From: a virus
Lineage: Duplodnaviria > Heunggongvirae > Uroviricota > Caudoviricetes
Length of the DNA: 64,000 nt
Direction: 5' to 3' (one strand)
IMG/VR virus record: IMGVR_UViG_3300020050_006655
Shown: piece by piece, positions 48,112 through 61,100 of the stretch
How the letters are laid out: each line of letters begins with the position of its first letter
Position numbering within the stretch: position 1 is the stretch's first letter
Position numbers and translations under genes: made by a program
Notes under the pieces: generated by a model
Databases searched by the model: none
Told to the model about the DNA's origin: nothing
What the model saw: the letters and a program-made list of their open reading frames with translations, nothing else

Positions 48112-48133
48112 GTCTTCGGGCTTACCTTTTTTT
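48107..48133. terminator. bidirectional rho-independent terminator at convergence of + and - gene blocks
   Basis: ggtaag(tc)-ttcg-(gg)cttacc hairpin with a UUCG tetraloop, followed by ttttttt. The + gene ends at 48111 and the - gene ends at 48141. Confidence 0.55.
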
Positions 48134-48140
48134 ACACCCT

Positions 48141-51100
48141 TTAGTTCTGTTGACCAAGATATTGGACATCATCAGACATCACGTTAAAGAACTGGAACAA
48201 TCCACCAAAACCGGGAATCCAAGCATGTGTGTATGAACCAATATTCTTTCTGTCGTCTGAATCCTTCTCACCAGTAATTAATGTTTTTTCTCCAAGAGTT
48301 ATGTTACCTTGACTTACGTCATAAAGTTCATCAAACATGTTATTAATCGTTTTAACAGCATCTTGAAGAAGACCTATCATTGGAATAGGGTTTTTTGTAA
48401 GATTGATAAATTCTGTTGGATTAACAAAGAAACTAATTTCTTGTTTCACTTTAAGAATTACAGACACAAGTTTTTTGGTTAAGAAATACTTCTTATAATC
48501 CTTTTCCCCATCATCGTCCCAATCTCCCATAGCAAGAGTTGCAAGTAATAAGAAACCAAGTATAATACGAAGTTCAATAATAGACGCTTTAAGTTGTTTC
48601 TCTTGAACACTTCTAAATTCCTTGTAAGATACTTTACCGTCATATTGTGGATTTCTTGCCAGCCAGTTCTCATACATCAATCTTGCCGTACCATCGTCCT
48701 TCATCTTAAATCCTTTAAAGTACCCACCAATGGTATGGAAACTTGCTACTTGCATTGCAAGTTGACCTAGTTTTGGAAGAACAATATCTCTAACAAAAAG
48801 GCCAAGTTGAAGATTTTCATTTTGACTATTTATTTTTTGCGTCCCAAATTCCTGCATAATTGCGGTGAATCTACCCATATAAACAGTGTCAACACGTTTG
48901 TCATACTTAACCTTACCAAATCTTTCGGTCATTACACCGGGCATCCACGATTTAAAGTTACCTACGAGTGTTCCTACCAATTGTCCTTGCCATACAGCCT
49001 TATCTTCTTCTGGTATGGTTCCTTTAATACCTGACTGTACAACTTGTACAGCACGTCTAAAAGCAATCCATATTTGTTTCTGTTGATCTTCTGGTATGTT
49101 AAGTGTAGCCTTACCATCTTCATACTTAAATAGGTCTTTGATAAACCTTCCTTTATACTTTTCCTTATCTTCTGGAAACTGGACTTTTTTAAGTAGACCG
49201 TCCGGTGTTACATAATAATTCTGACTAAGCGCGTATGTAACTACTTCTTCAATGTATTCATCACCTATACTATAAGGCTTCATAAGCAGTCTTGAATTAA
49301 CATACTTATTGATAAAACCACGTTGGGACGAATCACCCAATTGCGTTTCTCCAACGGTAGATTCTTCCAATCTTACTGCCCCATATCTATGACCCATTGG
49401 ATCGAAGTATGCAGATAGTGCTAGAAACTCCTTACGTGACTTGTAAGAGGCTTTTATTGATTCGGAGTATTGTTGCTCGTCATAATAAATGCCTGTCTTA
49501 CCAGTGATTACAGACTGAATCTTGGCTGCTATAAAACCGCCTGTTGCAGATAGTATATTAAAGCCAAGTTTCTTGATCGTAAAGTAGTTCTTCATTTGAA
49601 GAAGCATCTTTTCGGTCTTACCACTTTTATCTCCAATAACAGGTTCAACAGATAAACCATAAACATACATCTGAACAAAACGATCAAATGTTTTTACAAT
49701 ATCTGTTTCACTTAACTTTTGGGTAAAGTTATTACCAAGCAAATTTGTCTTTAACCCTCTATCAGATTGTTGTAACTCAAGTCCTTTTTCAACAAGTAAT
49801 TCTCTAAGACCAAGTACCTCACCTTCAATCTTGGTCATTTCATCATAGTTATAAGCCATCTTAGCAAACAACAATAAACTACGTCCAAGTTGATATGATT
49901 TCTCACCATTGATTATATTACCATCCTTATCCCTAAACGGGTTAAGAAAGAACTTGGGAATAGAATCTCTTTTAAGATATGAATCATCAGACGATCTATC
50001 ATCTTCTCGAACTGAAAAGTCTTTGATAAAATCATCAACACTTGAAGATACACCTTTCATACCCCATTCATCAATACGTTCAGATGCTGATTTACGAATG
50101 TTAGGAATAAAGTTGTTTGGTAATTGTTTATATTCAACACCAAGCATCTTTCTAAATTCACGATTCTTTGATTCAAGCAAATTGTAATAATTCAGAAACT
50201 CTGGAACCTGTCTGATCTTTTCAAATTCAGCACTATAGACAATAACATCTTCTTTAAAAGTCAATTTACCATTTGCTCTGGCATTCTTCCAAGCAAGTGG
50301 GAACATTGCTTTCCCATTGGTTTTTAATTCAAGACTGTTCCTACCGTCCCATTTTTCCAATTCACGTTGTACCCTTGCAGGATCACTTGGATATAGACTA
50401 TCTAATTTCTTCTCATAAACGTTACGTCTTTCTTTCCAGTCGTAATATTCAACAACATTGAATTGATTTGGATAATCCTCTCCCGTCCCATCAGAAACTT
50501 CTTTTAGCCATTTTTTATCAGTCTTTTCAATAAGATTATCTTCCCTATTGATTATAAGTTTGATAAAATCTTGCCAAGTCATTCCTTTTTGTTTCAGGTA
50601 TCTGATTACATCATTTTCTGTTTTAACAACCTGTTCTGTTAATTCGTCAATCTTCTTATTCTTTTCAAAATGTGCCTTATCTAATTTAGCACGTAATGTT
50701 TGAAAGATAGGATTATTAAACTGGCTAAGTTGATAAAACCATGCCGCAAAATAACCTTCTGGACTGAAAGGAATAATATTACCTGCTTCATCAACAATCT
50801 TTTCACCTGTTTCTTCTGCAACAACACGGGCTAATCTATGATTGAACCATTCCTGTTTTACCCTTGCAAGTGTATCGTTGATGAGTGTATTGATGATTAT
50901 AGTTTGTTGTTCAATAGCAGATGTATCAATTCCCTGATCGTTTAAGAACTTACGATATTCAAATGTGGCATCGTTAAGTGTTTTAAACAAATTCAATTCG
51001 TTATAAATGTTTCCTAAATCATCAATAGACAAATCATCCATATTCTCTAACTGTTTGTTAATATGGATTACAAACTCTTGAATAGCATTTACAGACTTCT

Positions 51101-52142
51101 TGGTTATGATCTCCTGTTTGATCTTTTCAAGATCTGCTATTTGCTGATTTACATACTGACGTTTGGACACATCCTTATTACGGGCAAGTCTTTCTATACG
51201 TGCATCAATCTTACCCAAGAAATCATCAAGTGATTCAAAACCTGTTTTCTCTGTAAAAGGAATAATCTCATCAATTAACTTATCTTGTCCCGGCCCTGCA
51301 ACATACTGAATCTTGTTATCAAATGTTTTGGTTCTACTATTAAAAGCAGAAAACAATTTAATCGGAATAAGCCTATTACTATAAACACCTTTAAAACCAT
51401 ATCTCTTTCTAAGAATACTAGCATACATACTTATTTGAGTCTTATATTTCTCAAGTGACTTATAGTGTATCAATGTTACATCAGGTTTCAAATCACCAAC
51501 AGCATCCAACGATTCTCTTTTAGAAGATATGGTCTTGTAATCTCGGATAACAAACGTATTGTCTGAAAGAATAGCAAGGAAGTCTATTGTACCACCGATA
51601 TTATCAACAGGATCAATAACCAGATGTTCCAACTTAACAACAGGTAATTCATTCACACCTGTCTTTTGGTTAATTGCTTGTTGTGCTTGATAAACAAATA
51701 CAAATTGGTTTCTAATTATATCAAACAGGTTGTCTCTGGATTTTTGATCCAAAGTCTTACCTGTTTTTTTTAAACCCTTTTGACGTATTGAGGTAAGTAT
51801 TCTCAATGATTCGGTAACACTTTTACCAGATAATTCATCAAGAATCTGTTGACCATATTCTTCCAGTACATCATGTACATAATTACCTGTTTCAGCAGCA
51901 CCCTCACCTCTTTCAGATTCAAATGTTTTATTCCCTTGAATCTTAGTTGTTACTGTTGTTTTAAGTTTGATGTCTGGATTATCAACCAGAACATACTTAC
52001 CATTATCTTTAACAAACTGAACATTGTCAGAATCCAAGTATTCCAAGGATTCTGACCTGTTCATATTTTGTCTAACCACATGAAAAGCCTTGTGATTATC
52101 TATTGCTGTTTTAATATCTGATTGTGTAGGACTACACCTCAT
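48141..52142 (-). CDS. giant hypothetical protein (1333 aa), probable virion/cargo-type protein
   Basis: Uninterrupted 4 kb ORF. Its start overlaps the stop of the upstream 3116-aa gene. No motif recognised. Confidence 0.6.
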   Translation of the reverse strand: MRCSPTQSDIKTAIDNHKAFHVVRQNMNRSESLEYLDSDNVQFVKDNGKYVLVDNPDIKLKTTVTTKIQGNKTFESERGEGAAETGNYVHDVLEEYGQQILDELSGKSVTESLRILTSIRQKGLKKTGKTLDQKSRDNLFDIIRNQFVFVYQAQQAINQKTGVNELPVVKLEHLVIDPVDNIGGTIDFLAILSDNTFVIRDYKTISSKRESLDAVGDLKPDVTLIHYKSLEKYKTQISMYASILRKRYGFKGVYSNRLIPIKLFSAFNSRTKTFDNKIQYVAGPGQDKLIDEIIPFTEKTGFESLDDFLGKIDARIERLARNKDVSKRQYVNQQIADLEKIKQEIITKKSVNAIQEFVIHINKQLENMDDLSIDDLGNIYNELNLFKTLNDATFEYRKFLNDQGIDTSAIEQQTIIINTLINDTLARVKQEWFNHRLARVVAEETGEKIVDEAGNIIPFSPEGYFAAWFYQLSQFNNPIFQTLRAKLDKAHFEKNKKIDELTEQVVKTENDVIRYLKQKGMTWQDFIKLIINREDNLIEKTDKKWLKEVSDGTGEDYPNQFNVVEYYDWKERRNVYEKKLDSLYPSDPARVQRELEKWDGRNSLELKTNGKAMFPLAWKNARANGKLTFKEDVIVYSAEFEKIRQVPEFLNYYNLLESKNREFRKMLGVEYKQLPNNFIPNIRKSASERIDEWGMKGVSSSVDDFIKDFSVREDDRSSDDSYLKRDSIPKFFLNPFRDKDGNIINGEKSYQLGRSLLLFAKMAYNYDEMTKIEGEVLGLRELLVEKGLELQQSDRGLKTNLLGNNFTQKLSETDIVKTFDRFVQMYVYGLSVEPVIGDKSGKTEKMLLQMKNYFTIKKLGFNILSATGGFIAAKIQSVITGKTGIYYDEQQYSESIKASYKSRKEFLALSAYFDPMGHRYGAVRLEESTVGETQLGDSSQRGFINKYVNSRLLMKPYSIGDEYIEEVVTYALSQNYYVTPDGLLKKVQFPEDKEKYKGRFIKDLFKYEDGKATLNIPEDQQKQIWIAFRRAVQVVQSGIKGTIPEEDKAVWQGQLVGTLVGNFKSWMPGVMTERFGKVKYDKRVDTVYMGRFTAIMQEFGTQKINSQNENLQLGLFVRDIVLPKLGQLAMQVASFHTIGGYFKGFKMKDDGTARLMYENWLARNPQYDGKVSYKEFRSVQEKQLKASIIELRIILGFLLLATLAMGDWDDDGEKDYKKYFLTKKLVSVILKVKQEISFFVNPTEFINLTKNPIPMIGLLQDAVKTINNMFDELYDVSQGNITLGEKTLITGEKDSDDRKNIGSYTHAWIPGFGGLFQFFNVMSDDVQYLGQQN

Positions 52143-55100
52143 AATTTACATTGAATTTGTACCTGACCATTTTCGATCAGTTGTGCATAGGCTGTTTTAT
52201 CTTCTTCCGATAAATGCAAGTAATCATCAAAATACCTGTCCCAATTGTTCACAACATCTTGACCCATTTGACCAAGACTTGTTTCCATTTGTTTCTGGTT
52301 ATATTCTGCAACTACCCTATTATCTTGTTGTTGCTTACTGATAGTATCAACATCATTGGATATTCTTAAATACCATTTATCGTTTGGTGCTTTATAAAGA
52401 TTAAGTGATTTACCAAATTCACGATTAACCTTTGCTATGTCTTTCAATAGACTTGGCCAATCAGCATTCTTGTTTATCTCTTTCGATCCTTTATATTTCA
52501 CACCATACTTATTGAGTATCTTTTGATATTCTTTTTCAAGACTTGTTTCACGTTGCAATGATTCAAACAAATCAATACCTAAAGATTCTTCACGTTCTAT
52601 CTGATTTAATAGATTTTCTGCATGGAACATTACTTCTTCAAACAATGTATTCTGTTTGGGAGTAAACTGAAACAGTTTAGAAAACCATTCGATCAATTTG
52701 GTCATTACATTGGAACCTTGATATGGAATCTGTTGTAGGGCCAACATAAAATTACGTCTCGTAAATATACCAGTGATAAACTCATCTAAATCTTCAAGAG
52801 GATAAATAGCCTTTGGATCAATACTCATTGCTTTACTCCTTGTATAAGCAAGTAACTTTTCGAGTTCTTGAACTTCTTTACTATTTGGATTATCTCGAAT
52901 ATACTGATGTGTTATGGCGTGAATTTGTTCATGTAATATTGTTCTACTTGGAAACATTACCTTAGGTGAAATCTTGATTTCTCTTGTTGAAGGAAAATAT
53001 GCGGCCAAAGATTCACCATAAATACGTCCAGTATCAGTACCCTTAACAGGATTAGGTAAAACATTCTCTGTAATCATAACAGGTACGTTAGATTTAAATC
53101 TAAGTAATCTGGTAGCAAGAGGACTAAGAACATCTGAACTATCTGCTATATGCTGAACATATTGTCTCGCATTAGTAAATCCAAGATTAAAAATTGGGTC
53201 TTCTGTTTGTGTTGTTTCTCCAGTATCGGGTAACGGCTTAGAATCAATTTTTTCAACTTCAAATCTTGTATTATGAACAACAAGTTTATTCTTACTTCTT
53301 GACATTGCAACATAAGCAAGTGCTTGTCTTTCCGTTGTTACTTGTACGTTATTTTGATCTACAATTGGAATATTTGTTGCAGGACTTAAAGAATCAGCAT
53401 TGAAATAAACATTTTCGATTGTTGCACCTTGAGACTTGTGTATTGTTATAGCATGACCATAATCAATATCTTTTTCAAACTTTAAAGAGCCAAGACCTTC
53501 CGTTTTTATGTTTTTATGTTTTACCGCATCAAATAATTCCATTTGATCTGTAGACGGATTAAAAACATAAGTGTTACCAACAGACACTTTTCTTAAAGCA
53601 GCACCGATACTTTGTAGTTCTTCAATATATACACCATAAGATATTGATTTATTCTGATAATTTTTATTAAGATTATGAATCTGTTTAAAGTATGAAGAAA
53701 CATCATTATTATTATTCGTAAAATCTTTTGACGTTAAATGGTTAAACGTTAAACTGTCATTCAGCGATAATTGAAAATAATTAGTGTAGCCTGTTGGTGG
53801 AATACCACCTATCCCCATTTCAGATAAACGATCTAACTTATCAGATTTTATAGTCAGTCCAACCGATGATCCTGTCTTGTCAAATTTTACAATCTTATAT
53901 TGTATTGAATTTGCAACATCTCCTTTTTCAATTTGTTTTGTACCATAACCCAAATAACCAATAACAATATCACCAATCTGTGTTTCTCCAACACGACCAA
54001 GAACCTCTCTTGCTTTTTGATTAATTGTTTGAACCTGTGAATTTGTATAAGAAATCTGAACAGTGTTTGTTGGATCAGCCTGTAAATCATTAACATACTG
54101 TTTGTTAAATTCTGCCAACGGTAAAAACTGAACAGAATCATTGTTTATTCTTGGCTGAAACAACTTAAACTCTGTTTGAATTCTCATTTTACTAAGCAAG
54201 TCAAGAAGAATGTTGTTTTTTTGACGAAAAACCTGATTCAAACTTAACTGTTTAAATCGTGTAAAAGCAGGTGATAAGTTTTTTACGGATGGATTTCCTG
54301 TCATAACTTGAGGAATCTGTTTGGAATCTCCCATAAAAATTAACTTAACTCCAGCGTTTTTAGATGCTTCAACAAGTAACCTTACATCCTTTTCACCAAG
54401 CATTGAGGACTCATCTACAACAACAACCGAATTATAACCTATGTATTTGGTAGCAGATGAAGTAAAGAAGCCTTCACGTTTATTTGTACCAAGAATTTCT
54501 TTTTCATATACTGATTTGGCAACAGTCAACGGAAGTTTATTATTACCCGTTTTTACAGTAGCAAAAGCAAGTTCGGCTACAGCAGCATGTGTTGGAGCCA
54601 TATACAAAAAAGATCTGTTTCCAAAATATTTTTGCAGATAACCTATAACAGATGTTTTACCTGTGCCAGCAGCACCCTGTAAAGTTATAGCAGGATCGTT
54701 AGATGATTCAACATAATCTATTAAATCTCTTAATGCTTTAGATTGATCTACACCTAATTCAAATTCAGTCTCTATTGTTTTTCCTTTATAAGAAAATACC
54801 AACTTACCCAAACGGTTAGATTGTGACTGACTCTGATTTTCATCAGATTGTTTATTAAGAGTTTTAGGTTGTTGAACAATTAAACCACTGACATGATACC
54901 TCTTAACATTCCTATCACCCAAAAGAGGGACAACTATTTCTTTCCCCTTTTCTTCTCCCTTTACAACATACACAATAGATTTCTGACCAGTCTGATAATC
55001 AGTTACATTTTTCTTTCTAACAACATTTGCGTTATATCTTGAAGCAAGAAAGTTGGGGTTGTTAAGATTGAAAAGCATTAAGAACTTATCAATCATCAAA

Positions 55101-58100
55101 TCTCTTTCTTGTTCGTTCAAACTCTCAAATTGCTCAAAAGAATCATTGATTATATCTTGGGCATAATACAAATGTTCATTGTCTTCTGTTCTTGTTGCAT
55201 CTTTACCTTGAGGTACAACATTGAAGAAGTTAAGGATACCTTGGTTTAAACCGTTCTGAAAGAATAACACATTGATAATATCTTTGTATAATTGACTATC
55301 TAATTCATGTAATTCTTCAAAAGCCTTAACCATATCATTAGATGAATAACCATCAAGTTTCTTTTCATAAAGACGAAGATTATCAACTCTGATTTTGGTC
55401 TTGTTCTTTTCACCAATTAAAGGTTGGAGTGCTTTTAAGAATGGATTGTTTGGAAGTTTTTCTTTAGCAACCCTAACTCTTTTAGCAACTGAGTTTTGTC
55501 CAATCATCAATTCCATAAAAGAATCTTTATTGAAGTTAAAGTTATGGACAAGATAAAGAATAAAATCATTATCGAATGTTGACATCAATCTATCTTTTGT
55601 AGCACCTTTCTGGCTCTTAGCCAAAGCAAGTTTGATATTACTTAATCTTTCAGAAAAAGGTTTACCTTCTGCAAAACCATAAAAAGGTTCATACAACTTT
55701 CTATATAATGTACGTCCGTATTTATAGAAAGGACTCAACAAACCTTGTTCATCATGGTAATTAACAACTTCTTCTGGTACAAGATTGGCAAGTGCTATTT
55801 GATCTCTCAACTGTCTATCCTTTAACCAGTCTTGACTATCGGCCCAACCAGCAGTATCAGAGTTTTGAGTCTTTAAAAAATCACCATAAACAATAGATAG
55901 GTTTTGAATCTCAAGAAAAGATTGAAGATAGTTGGCCTGTCTTGTTCTATAATCATCAGACGATTCAGGTTTAAGAAGATCGTTTGTTAATTGATTTTCT
56001 GTTATCTCAAAATCAGAAAGAGTCATAAAACCAACTTTTGCCTGATAATCAAGCATACTGGCTTTTCCAACCGTCTCTAATATTTTCTTGATAAACTCTT
56101 TTTTATCTGTTTCTTCTCTTGTAAGAACTATTGTTTTATACTTCGGTTGTCCATTTTTATCAAGTACTGGTTTTTTATCTTTATCATATACCGGAATATC
56201 TTTCTCATAAGTATCATTCTTCAAATACATAGATTCATTAACCTTTTGCATTGTCAGATACTTTTTAATAATCGGTTGAGATAAAAACTTGGTTATTTCT
56301 GCTGCTGATACATTATTCTTAATCAGATAATCTACAACATTTGCTGTTTGAAGTGTAATGTTCATAAGAACAGCATAAGGTTCTTTAACACCATCCACGT
56401 ACATGGTAAGCAATTGTGACATTACTTCTGACAAAGTATTAAACTGATTATCTGTATAACTTGAAAAATCATATTGACTGGCAGACCCAAATCTAACAGC
56501 AGATGGAAGGAATACAGGATTACCTTCTTTATCTTGACCAACATAGTATTCAGAATTGATGCTATTACCAGCAACAGAATTAACTTGGTTAACAGCAGCA
56601 AAAGTAATACTCAACGCTCCAATACCAACAGCGAATTTACCTTGAACAAATATAACTGCTTTCTTGGCATTTGTAATTGGATTAAGAATCGTAAAGAAAT
56701 TATCATTCTCACCCTCAATCAAACCTGATTTAACAAAGAATCTTTTGTAAAGTGTTTCTACAAAAATATCATTTGTTAAAGGCATCAACAAATGTTGGAC
56801 GTTATTTGGATGAAGAAGAATTTCTTTTTCAATAGATAATAACTGATTATCCAAATTAACTGTTGTAACCTTTTCAGGACTAAAAATTCTATTTTGTATA
56901 TCACTTGTCCAATAGATATTTATTTTGTCGATGTCAAAATCTGACCCAACTTTAATAACTATCTCTGATGGTACAATAGCATAAGCCTGAACAGTAGGAA
57001 GTGTAAACTTCTTAACCCTAAACATATCATTGGATGACAATTGCTGGTTAGGAATCCTAAGACCTTTCACAATAAACAAATCACCATCGGATTTCTTATC
57101 TTCTGCTACTTTATTGTTTAACCATTCAAGGGCTTCAATCAAGTTATTTGTTCCGGCAGCCTTATACAAAGAAGGAATCCATTTACTCGGAAGTGGTATA
57201 ATAACTTCTGCTGGCTTAACCTTAAGCAAATTTCCATCATTGTCAAATACAGGTTCATAGAAATCTAATTCCTGACTCTGATAAGTTCCATCTTCCAATC
57301 TAATCCTTGAACCATAAGGCTCATAACCAGTTGATGCTGCTTGAGGATATGAATTACCAGCACGATCAAAATCAATAACATTACTTGTTACAAGAGCATG
57401 AAGAACATTCTCAATCTTTTGTCTAAGACTAAGTGTTTCTATATTCTTGGGATCATTCAAGAAGTTCTCTACAAGGTTCTTTAGATTATCAGCAGCATTT
57501 GCTACTTGGCTTGAGTTAAGAACCACTTCTTTTAATTTCTCATAAGAAGTAAAATCACCATCCCAACCAAGTTCGGTCAAGAAAGAATCTTGATTTGCTT
57601 TTACCATTTGATCTATGATCTCCAAATATCGCTTAACAATATCCATTGCTCCCGGAAACCTTTCTTGTCCATTAACTATTAGATTGGATAACAAGATTTT
57701 TAAAGACTGTGTGGAACCAGATATTTCTGATTTTTCTTTATTACCAATCTTAACCTGATCTTTGTAGTATTCCCAATCAAATAGATAATTGGCAAACCCT
57801 GTTTCTGGATTAGATGCTAAGAGAAAAGCGTCTTGATTAAATGCTCCATTCTCATCATAAAAGGTAAGACCTTTATCAGCAATTTTACCGACAATCGGAT
57901 TATCTTTTCTTGTATCATTTTCATCTTGTTGAACTTGTTTAGCAGCAATCTTTGGATCAACAGCACCTACTTTATTAGCAGAACCCATATGGGCTACTTG
58001 GACACCAGATACAAGCATTGAATGGTTCATTGCTTGTAAGTTGGTTCCCATAATAGCAGATGGTTGAAGCAAGTGATTAGAAGTCTTAAATACGGTAAAG

Positions 58101-61100
58101 AAACTGTATTCTAATTCTTCTCGTCCTTTAGCAAATGCTTCTTGAACTGATGGGCCAGCATATTGCACTTTAAGTGTGTGCATTGCCTCTAACTTGTAAG
58201 GAACACCATTTTCATCTTTTCCTTTATTAAATGCTCCTTCAAACGGTTTAATTATAAGACCGTTGTACTTATTCTTACCTTTAATCGTAACAACTAAATC
58301 TTTTGCTTCTGACAGACTCCTATATTTAAGAAGTTCCATTTCAACTTGATAAGCAACATCCATTTCATCTGTCCAGTTACCAAGTCTTATTTGATAGTTC
58401 TTAAATGCTGGAAGTGTCATATAAGACAGCCCATCATTTTCATTAACTTCTGAATACTTCTTTTCTGCCTGTTCGATCTTAGAAATCATTTTAGATTTTT
58501 CAGATTCTGTGGGATTGGGTATATCCTGTAAGAATCCCCATTCCATAGCAGAAGCAATTTTAGTTGGATTCTCTATACCAAGTTTAGACTGGACTCCAGA
58601 TGGAACGAGCAACCTTGATTTATAATCATCTTGTTCTTTGATCGTAACACCTCTAACTTTTGTATCGTTTAGATTATCCGACGCATTGATTGTAACAGTT
58701 TTACCTGTTGCAATGTCAAACACTTCATAAGACTGATTCAACTCTTGTCTGATAACACTATTTGTCAGATCATCTGTTGCGGTTAAAAGACCATTAGAAG
58801 ATTGTGTTGCAAGACGTTTGTATAAGTCATTGGCATTCTTAAACATTCTATTATCTCCCGTAAACAATCTACTTTCATTCATGTGGAACAAATGCTCATT
58901 CACATAAGAATAAAGAAGTGTCAACTCAATAGCAGAATTTTTAAACCCTTTGGTTTCACCAGTAAAAGGTAATGTTCTTTTATTAAATTCAGCAATAGTA
59001 GATGGATTGATACCAGCAATATGTACACCCGGAACATACAATTCATTCTCCTTAATAGTGTCCATAAACTTCTTGAAATCATCCTCAACCATTTTATATA
59101 GTTGAGTTTTATCAGATTCATTTATTTCCTTACCGTTAAGAATTTCCGTAAGTCTTGTTTCGGATAGGAGTTTTGAATAACCTGTTTTAAGACCATCTTT
59201 ATTACCAATATACTGCATTGGGAGATTACTATATTCCGATCTTGCAAATTCAACTTCCTTCTGAATCTCTTTAACAAGCCCTTCAACAATAATATTGATA
59301 CCCGGTGTTTTAATATCAGAACTGTTACCAAACATATCTGTTATATTAACAAGAGGATCTGTCTTATATGCAAAGAAGGTACTTCTATCAGAGTGTTTCA
59401 TTGACATGAAATTACCAGTCATGGCACCATTTATATGGAGTGCTATTAGATCGGGTTCAGACATTTTATCAACATACATCTCATCTTCTTGACTATTCTT
59501 TGCTGCATAAGGAATAGTAATGTCAAAGTTGTTGTCATAAATAGCAGCAAGCAATGGCTGTAATCTCCAATTACCAAGTTCGTCTTTGGACATGTTCCAG
59601 TTATTGAACATCTCTGGCATCTCTTTTCTAAGACGATTTAATATATCTTGTGTAGATTGTGATTCTTTCTTAAACCTGTTTACAAGATACTTGGCTTTGT
59701 TGACCATGATTGTCTGTTGTGTATTCAAACCAAGAGCATATATCTTGGTATCAAGTACTGTAATCATGGTATCAACAGATTCTTCATACTTTGCTTGTAT
59801 CTTGGCAATCTTATTTATCTGACCACCAATATCAAACTTGGCATATATAGAACGACCATTCTCTTTATACTTTGGTTTACCAAGAATTGCTGTTGCAGCA
59901 GCACGAAGATGTGGATAAGACTTATCAATAGTTCTTTCGTCAAGAACAATCCCAAACACATCAGCCATTTGTCTAGCAACTGTCTTAACATCACGACTTG
60001 TGATCTTGTTAAGATTATCCCTAAAGTATTTTAGATATTGTACCTGCTGATCTTCTATAATAAAATCCGTTTTGGCTAAAAGATTACTGTTCCACTTTCT
60101 GATAAGATTGGCTTCTCTCGTTTCAGAGTTAAGATTACTGAATCTGATTTCAGTATTCTTTTTATCATCTTCACCATATTGAAAGAACGTAAAGTTATTC
60201 TCTGTTAAAGCCATCTTACTAACAAACTCGTTTCTAAGTTTGATTGTTTTGGTATTCCAGCCTTCTGGTGTTTTACCTAGTTTTGTAAGTAGATCTTCAA
60301 CAAATGGTAGATCAAGTTTTTCCAGTTCTTCCAAAAAGTATTTAGTTGGGATACCAGCCATACCCAAAGCAATTTGGTTATATGCCGTACTTGCAGAAAC
60401 TGTTACAGGAACACCAACAGATGTTTTATTAACTGGATGTTGAAAAGATGCAAGCAACAATTTAACTCTTGTACTCAAACCATCTTTAGGATTGACTTTA
60501 ATAGCAGATACAAACTCTCTTGTAGCAGATGTTTCCCCAAGAACAGATTCTGTTTCTACATCTTCTGCTGTCTGATCTTCTTTTACAATCTTTCTTTTCT
60601 TTTGTACAATCTCCAAACCATAGTATTCAAGTTTAGAAATTATCTCTTGCCAGACAATACCATCTGAATCCAGATTGTCACCAATATCATTTAATAGATC
60701 AGTATCAACATACTGTTCCAGTTGACCATGAGCATCCCATTTTAAATCTTCAAGAACATCTGTATAACCCTCAAGATCTTTATTAACCAAACGACCAATA
60801 ATTCTTGCCGATAAAAAGTTTACAATATCGTTCTTATCAGTAACAGATATTTCTCTATTTGATTCACCTATAACAATACTATCAGCATCTTTAGAATAAG
60901 GAATCCTTGGTGATCCTGTAAACTCTTTAGATAGAATCCTATCATAAATTGTTTTTATATCGTCTAATTTAAGACCAAGTACTTTCTTGATAAAGTTTAA
61001 CAGTCTTTCAAATAGCGATTTGTTAGGTTGAACTTTATATGAATCTGGTTGTAACTGATAAGTTTCAAATTCATCAGCAAAAAATTCTTCAATCAGATCT

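Noticed and set aside
48807-60667. Short plus-strand ORFs inside the giant minus-strand genes (48807.., 49909.., 54441.., 56474.., 59717.., 60374.. and others)
   Set aside because: Antisense to uninterrupted 4-9 kb ORFs. Spurious.
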